IMG/VR virus record: IMGVR_UViG_3300032236_001613 | Coordinates: 248,001-312,000 of that record | Direction: 5' to 3' (one strand) | Length of the DNA: 64,000 nt | In this document: positions 58,046 to 64,000 of the stretch, piece by piece | Layout of the letters: the number at the start of each line of letters is the position of its first letter | Numbering within the stretch: the first letter of the stretch is position 1 | The notes under the pieces: generated by a model | The model's input: the letters and a program-made list of their open reading frames with translations, nothing else | What the model was told of the DNA's origin: nothing | Database searches by the model: none | Position numbers and translations under genes: made by a program

Positions 58046-58291
58046 ATGCTATTAAGAGAATTTGTATACTTTGATGCAGACGAAGCCGGGATGAAAGAGA
58101 AGAATCGCTATGATTCCGATCATGATTTAAGCATCTTAAAGATGAGCGATCTTAGAAAAAGCCGTTTAACTCTACGCATGTTAAACGATTTACGTAAAGC
58201 AGGCGATGCTAAAGAGAAAGAACAAAAAGAAGATCTAGAGCTAGTAAGAAAAATGTACGCAGCACCTGCACCACAACAAGGTGCAATGTAA
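58046..58291 (+). CDS. Small head-associated protein
   Basis: Lies between portal and core genes; TATAAATA at 58033-58040. Confidence 0.7.
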   Translation: MLLREFVYFDADEAGMKEKNRYDSDHDLSILKMSDLRKSRLTLRMLNDLRKAGDAKEKEQKEDLELVRKMYAAPAPQQGAM

Positions 58292-58429
58292 AATTATAAA
58301 AATTTGAGATTTTTCTATCTCAAAGACCAAAATCTTCAGTTTTTGGCCTATTTGGCATAAGTATTCTACAATGTCTGTAAATAATAAACGACAGCCTTGC
58401 TAGTTTTTAAAACATAAGGAGACCACGCA

Positions 58430-59446
58430 ATGTCTAATAAATTTGAAAAGTTACTAGACTATCTAGTCAACGAAGAGCATGAAAAAGCTAACGAGCTTTT
58501 CCATGAGATCGTTGTAGAAAAGTCAAGATCAATCTACGAAAATCTAATTTCTGAAGAAGCTGATGACGAGGAAATGGACGAGTCACGCGAAGAAGATGAC
58601 GAGGAAATGGACGAGTCACGCGAAGAAGATGACGAGGAAATGGACGAGTCACGCGAAGAAGATGACGAGGAAATGGACGAGTCAATGATGGACGACGAAG
58701 AAATGGATGAGTCAATGATGGACGACGAAAGCATGTACGAAATCGGCGGAGATGCATCCGACGATATGGTCGGTGACGTTTCAGATGATTCAATGGACGG
58801 CGGCATGGGCGGCATGGACGATATGCACGACCTAGGCGACGAACCAAGCCTTGGCACCGAATTAGGTAGCGAAGGTACAGAACAGAATTTACTTGATAAA
58901 CTCGATCAGCTAGAAGCCAAGCTTGATGCAATCATTGCTGGTGAAAAGCATGAAGAAGAGGAAAATCCAGATATTCACGGTCATGAAATGGACAGTCTAA
59001 CCACTAGCGACGAAGACGAATCGGACGATATGGATATGGATATGGACAGCGAAGAAGACAGTGAAGAAGAAGATGAAGAAGATATGGACGAACAGCTAGT
59101 ACGTGAGTACAGAGAAATCGTTCGTAAAGGCAAAGATTACACAGCCGGAAGTCCAAACGAGGAAGGTAGTGTACATAAGAAGAGTGCTATTAACACCAAT
59201 CTATCAAGTCTACCAAGTTCAAAAGCAAATGCTAAAAACATTGCTCAGAACGGTAAAGGTGATAGCGAAGACGGAAATAAGACCAATATGGGTCCTAATG
59301 CCAAGAGTCTTGCTGGTGGCGTAAAAGGTAAGTTTACTGACGGGTCGACATTAAATGTTGACGGAAAGCAAACTAAGGGTTACGACAAGAGCACTAAGAA
59401 GCCAGCTAAGGAAAAGAGCGTTAATAGTAAAGACGTTCTTCCATAA
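58430..59446 (+). CDS. Highly acidic prohead core protein (gp67/gp68-like)
   Basis: Asp/Glu-rich; located between portal and protease; AAGGAG RBS. Confidence 0.7.
   Translation: MSNKFEKLLDYLVNEEHEKANELFHEIVVEKSRSIYENLISEEADDEEMDESREEDDEEMDESREEDDEEMDESREEDDEEMDESMMDDEEMDESMMDDESMYEIGGDASDDMVGDVSDDSMDGGMGGMDDMHDLGDEPSLGTELGSEGTEQNLLDKLDQLEAKLDAIIAGEKHEEEENPDIHGHEMDSLTTSDEDESDDMDMDMDSEEDSEEEDEEDMDEQLVREYREIVRKGKDYTAGSPNEEGSVHKKSAINTNLSSLPSSKANAKNIAQNGKGDSEDGNKTNMGPNAKSLAGGVKGKFTDGSTLNVDGKQTKGYDKSTKKPAKEKSVNSKDVLP
58562..58729 (+). repeat. In-frame tandem repeat (33-nt unit, DDEEMDESREE)
   Basis: GATGACGAGGAAATGGACGAGTCACGCGAAGAA occurs three times exactly (58562-58660), followed by degenerate DDEEMDESMM units. 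Confidence 0.95.
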
Positions 59447-59458
59447 TAAGGAACAGGG

Positions 59459-60088
59459 ATGAAATTATCTTACTTAAGAGAGCATCTAAGTTTCGATCAG
59501 GCAAGAGTTGTACTTGAGTCTGACGATAAGGATGGCAAGAATCTTTATCTTAAAGGTATTGCCATCCAAGGCGGAATACGTAATGCAAATCAACGTGTTT
59601 ATCCTGTCGAAGAAATTACCAATGCTGTCAAAACTCTAAATGATCAGATCCAAAATGGATACTCAGTATTAGGTGAGGTTGATCATCCTGATGACCTTAA
59701 AGTTAATTTGGACCGCGTCAGCCATATGATTACAGATATGTGGATGGACGGTCCTAACGGATATGGGAAGATGAAAATTCTTCCCACTCCTATGGGCAAT
59801 CTTATTCGTACCATGCTCGAAAGTGGTGTAAAACTAGGCGTCAGTAGCAGAGGCAGCGGCAACGTTGACGAACGCACCGGCCAAGTAGCTGATTTTGAGA
59901 TTATCACAGTCGATATAGTAGCTCAACCTTCTGCGCCAGGAGCTTATCCTACACCGGTTTATGAACACTTAATGAACGCAAGAGGTGGTCATAGAGCTTA
60001 TAGGGTCGCGCAAGAAAGTAAAGAAGATCCAAAAACTCAGCAGTATCTCCGTGAGGCGATGCTGAATATTATTAAAGGTTTGAAATAA
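59459..60088 (+). CDS. Prohead protease (gp21-like)
   Basis: NANQRVYP, GEVDHP, VSH, TPMG, GVSSRGSG, DIVAQPSAPGA. Confidence 0.95.
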   Translation: MKLSYLREHLSFDQARVVLESDDKDGKNLYLKGIAIQGGIRNANQRVYPVEEITNAVKTLNDQIQNGYSVLGEVDHPDDLKVNLDRVSHMITDMWMDGPNGYGKMKILPTPMGNLIRTMLESGVKLGVSSRGSGNVDERTGQVADFEIITVDIVAQPSAPGAYPTPVYEHLMNARGGHRAYRVAQESKEDPKTQQYLREAMLNIIKGLK

Positions 60089-60105
60089 CCTTAAAGGGAG
60101 ATGTG

Positions 60106-61197
60106 ATGTTGGACGCATTCAAACAATTAGTAGAATCAGGCGTAATGACAGAAGAGACGAAATCAGTAGTCGAAGCTGCTTTTGCTGCTAAAATTCAAGA
60201 GAATCGCGATCAAATCACCGCTCAACTTCGTGAAGAATTTGCTCAAAAATATACACACGATAAGGGTGTTATGGTTGAAGCAATCGACAAGATGTTAAGC
60301 GAGAGATTGGCCGCCGAAATGGCTGAGCTTGTAGAAGATAAAAAGACACTAGTTCAGGCTAGTGTTGATTATCAAAACAAAATGACTGATGATGCTAAAG
60401 TATTAGAATCATTTGTTATGAGCCAGCTAGGAAAAGAATTAGTAGAATTCCAAAGCGATCGTAAGAAAGTTGCTGAGAATTTTTCTAAATTAGAACAATT
60501 TGTTGTACATGCATTAGCTAAAGAAATTTCAGAATTTGCTCAAGACAAGAAAGACCTTGCTGAAACCAAAGTTAAACTTGTTAGAGAAGCTAAAGCAAAG
60601 TTTGAACAGATTAAAAACGAGTTTATTGAACGTGGTGCTAAAGTCGTTGAAAACGCAGTAACTAAGAATCTTAATAGAGAGATCACTCAATTGAAAGAAG
60701 ATATCGATAGTGCTCGTAACAACGAATTTGGACGTCGTTTATTTGAAGCATTTGCTAACGAATATTCAACTTCTTATCTTAACGAAAAATCAGAAACAAG
60801 TAAATTGTTAAAGATTATCGAAAAGAAAGAACAAGAACTTTCCGAAGCAAAAACAGCTTTAAAAGAGAAAGAAACTATTGTTGAGTCAAAGGAACGCGAA
60901 ATTCGTGTTGCTAAAGACACAGCAGAGCGTAAGGCTCTATTAGGCGAAATGTTAGCTCCATTAGGTGCTGACAAAAGAGAGATTATGCGCAGTCTATTAG
61001 AAAACGTACAGACTTCTAAATTGAGTGTTGCATTTGACAAATACCTACCCGCAGTGATGGAAGGCGATAAGAAGAAAGTGGCGAAAGCTACTTTAACTGA
61101 GTCGACTGCTGTAACAGGCGATCGCGAAGTAAAGAGTCAGCCACAGGTAGGCTCAGATAACATTTTAGAGATCCGCAAGTTAGCGGGACTAAAGTAA
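60106..61197 (+). CDS. Prohead scaffold/core protein (gp22-like)
   Basis: Long coiled coil between protease and capsid genes. Confidence 0.85.
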   Translation: MLDAFKQLVESGVMTEETKSVVEAAFAAKIQENRDQITAQLREEFAQKYTHDKGVMVEAIDKMLSERLAAEMAELVEDKKTLVQASVDYQNKMTDDAKVLESFVMSQLGKELVEFQSDRKKVAENFSKLEQFVVHALAKEISEFAQDKKDLAETKVKLVREAKAKFEQIKNEFIERGAKVVENAVTKNLNREITQLKEDIDSARNNEFGRRLFEAFANEYSTSYLNEKSETSKLLKIIEKKEQELSEAKTALKEKETIVESKEREIRVAKDTAERKALLGEMLAPLGADKREIMRSLLENVQTSKLSVAFDKYLPAVMEGDKKKVAKATLTESTAVTGDREVKSQPQVGSDNILEIRKLAGLK

Positions 61198-61218
61198 CTA
61201 TTATTCAAGGAGACATTA

Positions 61219-62394
61219 ATGTCACAGTTATTAAATGAAAGATGGTCCGAGACAAAGGAAGCTCTGCTTGAAGGCCTATCGGGTAATCGTCGTGCTTCTA
61301 TGCAGGTTTGCTTAGAGAACACACGCAAGTACTTGGCAGAAGCCGCAACAGCAGGAGCAACAAGCTCTGGTAACGTAGCAACACTTAATCGTGTTATTCT
61401 ACCAGTTATCAGACGTGTAATGCCAACAGTTATTGCCAACGAAATCATCGGCGTACAGCCAATGACAGGCCCTGTTGGGCAGATCCACACACTACGTGTA
61501 CGTTACGCCGATGGCGACGGTACTGTAGTAGCTGGCGAAGAAGCACTAAGCCCATTCAAGATTGCTGCTGCTTACTCCGGTAACGGCGTTGACGGCACAC
61601 CAAAAGCCGCTCAAACAGCACAACTTGAAGGTCAACCGGGTAAGAGAATGAGCATCCAGATTCTCAAAGCTCCAGTAGAAGCCAAGAGCCGCAAGCTCTC
61701 AGCTCGTTGGACATTTGAAGCTGCACAAGATGCACAGGCTCAACAAGGTATTGATATTGAAGCAGAAATTATGGCAGCACTAGCTCAGGAAATCACTGTC
61801 GAAATCGACCAGGAAATCCTAACTTCACTACGTGGTTTAGCTTCAGTTGAACAGTCATATGACCAAAGTCTAGTTTCTGGTACAGCAACATTCGTCGGCG
61901 ACGAACATGCTGCACTAGCAATTCAGATCAATCGCGTAAGCAACCTAATTGCACAGCGTACACGTCGTGGCGCAGGCAACTGGGCAGTTGTTTCAAACCA
62001 GGCTCTAACAATTCTACAGTCTGCAACTACAAGCGCATTTGCTCGTACAACAGAAGGTACATTTGAAGCCCCAACTAACACTAAGTTTGTTGGTACACTA
62101 AACGGTGCTATGAAGATCTATGTTGACAGCTACAAGGCTGACAGCGATGACAACAACCAGGTTCTAATCGGATACAAAGGCACAAGCGAAGCTGACGCAC
62201 CAGCGTTCTATTGCCCATACATTCCGCTAATGAGTTCTGGTGTTGTACTAGATCCAGCAACCTTCGAACCAGTCGTAGGCTTCCTAACACGCTACGGTTA
62301 TGTTGAACTCAGCAACACCGCAAGCAGCTTAGGTAACGCAGCTGACTACCTCGGTAAGGTCGCTATCGTAAGCGCAACAGTAAGCTTCAAGTAA
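61219..62394 (+). CDS. Major capsid protein (gp23-like)
   Basis: IRRVMP..IA..IIGVQPMTGPVGQI, AKSRKL.A.WT.E.AQD, YCPYIP, TFEP..GFLTRYG. Confidence 0.98.
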   Translation: MSQLLNERWSETKEALLEGLSGNRRASMQVCLENTRKYLAEAATAGATSSGNVATLNRVILPVIRRVMPTVIANEIIGVQPMTGPVGQIHTLRVRYADGDGTVVAGEEALSPFKIAAAYSGNGVDGTPKAAQTAQLEGQPGKRMSIQILKAPVEAKSRKLSARWTFEAAQDAQAQQGIDIEAEIMAALAQEITVEIDQEILTSLRGLASVEQSYDQSLVSGTATFVGDEHAALAIQINRVSNLIAQRTRRGAGNWAVVSNQALTILQSATTSAFARTTEGTFEAPTNTKFVGTLNGAMKIYVDSYKADSDDNNQVLIGYKGTSEADAPAFYCPYIPLMSSGVVLDPATFEPVVGFLTRYGYVELSNTASSLGNAADYLGKVAIVSATVSFK

Positions 62395-62419
62395 TAAAAT
62401 TACTTGTAAATTTACACAG

Positions 62420-62444
62420 AAAGCCCGCCCTGTGCGGGCTTTTT
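62420..62444 (+). terminator. Rho-independent terminator after the capsid gene
   Basis: AAAGCCCGC-CCTGT-GCGGGCTTTTT. Confidence 0.88.
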
Positions 62445-62467
62445 GCTGATTGTCGATTAAATACAAC

Positions 62468-62671
62468 ATGAGAATAAACGAACTTATATTTGAAATCGGT
62501 GTAGGACAACCAAAAACATTTAAAGGTTCTACATGTACAAAAGATTGCTCGGGTCATACTGCAGGGTATAATTGGGGTAAAAATAAAAATGTTAAAAATC
62601 CTAATAATTGCCCACCAGGCGGAAGCAAAAGTTTTAATAACGGCTGCAAAATTGCAGGTTCCGGTAAATAA
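62468..62671 (+). CDS. Small Cys-rich protein
   Basis: ATG 62468 lies 4 nt after TAAATA; CTKDCSGH.AGY.WG...C...S.SF..GC. Confidence 0.7.
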   Translation: MRINELIFEIGVGQPKTFKGSTCTKDCSGHTAGYNWGKNKNVKNPNNCPPGGSKSFNNGCKIAGSGK

Positions 62672-62675
62672 TAAC

Positions 62676-62746
62676 AGTTCGCTCGAAAAGAGAGTTTATG
62701 CAGTACCCACTGCGTAGATCCTAGAACGATCTTATAAAATAAGGAG
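62676..62746 (+). promoter_or_regulatory. Structured 5' leader (three-way junction plus SD-sequestering hairpin)
   Basis: GTTC/GAAC closes CTC-GAAAA-GAG and GTTTATGCAGT-ACCC-ACTGCGTAGAT; CTTAT/ATAAG overlaps the AAGGAG RBS. Confidence 0.5.
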
Positions 62747-62752
62747 AAACAA

Positions 62753-63424
62753 ATGGGACGTCCGATTAAAAAGAGATTTTTTGCTGGCACAGCAGTTGTT
62801 GCTGACACTGCAGGTATGGGAGTTGTTGCACCAAACGGTGTTGCTATTCTTACAAGTGGTACTAATTTTACTATTGTACCGACAGTAACATTTAGCCAAC
62901 CAGATATTTTAGGTGGTACAGTTGCAACTGGACACGTTACAGTTAACGGAGCTGGTAATCTTGCTAGTTTTGTTGTTGATTCTAGCGGTTCTGGTTATAC
63001 ATTAGATCCTGATATTGTGTTAACAGGTTCAACAGGAACAGGTGCAACATTTAGTGTTACATTAGCAGGAGTTAGTAATACAGGAAAAATTACAACTTCC
63101 GCATACTTACCGAGAAAGTCGTCTGTTGCTAGAACATCAACAATTCTAAAGCAAGAATCGAGTCATCGTTATCTTGTGCAAAACAGAGACGGTGACGGCA
63201 TTTGTAAATTAACTGCATCTGGTAGTTTAACTGCTGGTCAAATGAGTATTACTGCAACTGATAGCGCAGGTGGTACATATTATGTAACAAAGTTAACATC
63301 TCGTAAAGCATTGTTAACTCCGATTAACGGAACACAGTTTCCTACTAACACTTATGCAAAATGGTTACGTTCTAGTGACGGCTCGCCAGTTGCAAATGTT
63401 AGTGTAACTATTCCTGTTGCTTAA
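62753..63424 (+). CDS. Virion structural protein (possible head decoration protein)
   Basis: MGRPIKK N-terminus; SGSGYT beta repeats like those in the giant protein; downstream of the capsid gene. Confidence 0.65.
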   Translation: MGRPIKKRFFAGTAVVADTAGMGVVAPNGVAILTSGTNFTIVPTVTFSQPDILGGTVATGHVTVNGAGNLASFVVDSSGSGYTLDPDIVLTGSTGTGATFSVTLAGVSNTGKITTSAYLPRKSSVARTSTILKQESSHRYLVQNRDGDGICKLTASGSLTAGQMSITATDSAGGTYYVTKLTSRKALLTPINGTQFPTNTYAKWLRSSDGSPVANVSVTIPVA

Positions 63425-63444
63425 TACGTTATTTTAAATAACAT

Positions 63445-63475
63445 AAAAATAGCTGCCTTGTGCAGCTATTTTTTT
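63445..63475 (+). terminator. Rho-independent terminator (potentially bidirectional)
   Basis: AAAAATAGCTGC-CTTGT-GCAGCTATTTTTTT. Confidence 0.88.
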
Positions 63476-63489
63476 GGTTAAATAAGAAT

Positions 63490-64000
63490 ATGTCAACTGA
63501 TTGGTCATACTCAACTATAATAACTCAATATGCTGAAGTAGAGCAGCATATCCCGTGGAAAGATAACGGAACAAATTTTGTTGATGCAATGTATTGCGAT
63601 AATAGTTTTTTAGAAACTACCTCACCTTTATTGCATATTTCAAGAACTCCTAATAATGATTTAAAAATGAAAACCTGGTTTCTTAAGTTTACCGGGTTTT
63701 CATTTAATAATCTTCCATTATCAATTTCAGGTTTAGAAGCAGAATTAGGTATGAATAGGGAAGGTAGAATTACTGATGAAACTATTCAACTAACTTATAA
63801 TAATACGGACATTGGAAAAAATCAAGCAGATTTTCGATTGGATATGTTTAAATTATATGGCGGACCTAACGATCTTTGGGATTTTAGTTTAACTAGCACA
63901 GTAATAAATGATCCTAGTTTCGGTATTATTTTAAGATTTCAAAGTCATCCTAGTTGGCCTCATAAATCAACGCCGATGATCGACTACATACGGCTGAGAG
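63490..64000 (+). CDS. Hypothetical (probably virion) protein, 3'-truncated; absent from the ORF track
   Basis: Open from ATG 63490 (MSTDWSYSTIITQY...YGGPNDLW...FGIILRFQSHP...) to the window end; TAAATA at 63479-63484. Confidence 0.8.
   Translation, partial: MSTDWSYSTIITQYAEVEQHIPWKDNGTNFVDAMYCDNSFLETTSPLLHISRTPNNDLKMKTWFLKFTGFSFNNLPLSISGLEAELGMNREGRITDETIQLTYNNTDIGKNQADFRLDMFKLYGGPNDLWDFSLTSTVINDPSFGIILRFQSHPSWPHKSTPMIDYIRLR

Noticed and set aside
58562-58729. 33-nt direct repeats as a CRISPR or guide array
   Set aside because: The units are contiguous with no spacers and are in frame within an acidic protein.
62388-62416. AT-rich inverted repeats at the capsid stop codon
   Set aside because: They are weak AT-only stems next to a clear terminator, with no independent support.
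1338-62808. Numerous short antisense or alternate-frame ORFs in the track (e.g. 6699-7118, 43219-43623, 58488-58931, 61137-61490)
   Set aside because: They are shadows of well-supported genes and lack RBS or recognisable motifs.
1-64000. Stop-codon reassignment as in some large phages
   Set aside because: Genes are full length under code 11, and TAA, TGA and TAG all serve as real stops.

Overview
This window is an AT-rich fragment of a large T4-related (jumbo-type) myovirus genome, read with the standard genetic code. From left to right it carries: the 3' part of a family B DNA polymerase and a probable sliding clamp; a 7-deazaguanine DNA-modification cluster (DpdA/TGT-like, QueD-like, FolE, QueE) with no QueC in the window but with an embedded GT-B glycosyltransferase, phosphoribosyltransferase, HIT hydrolase and unknown ORFs; RNase H; a MoxR AAA + metallopeptidase/VWA pair; DHFR and thymidylate synthase; a ~30 kb minus-strand tail/baseplate block (four paralogous fibre genes, a 4340-aa virion protein, gp6/gp25/gp5-GH19/hub/gp53/gp48-like genes); the gp55 late sigma factor, gp47/gp46, an Hc1-like protein and a minimal GIY-YIG nuclease; a ~440-nt highly structured non-coding element; a gp26/gp51-like pair linked by a probable -1 frameshift; and tape measure, portal, prohead core, protease, scaffold and major capsid genes. 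The best candidates for undescribed biology are: (1) the large, probably pseudoknotted ncRNA directly behind the GIY-YIG gene; (2) a deazaguanine pathway possibly ending in a glycosylated base; (3) the gp26-gp51 frameshift; (4) leaderless late mRNAs (TAAATA-N5-ATG); (5) a three-way-junction leader RNA upstream of a virion gene. All protein calls rest on motif recognition and synteny by eye; no database searches or folding programs were run.
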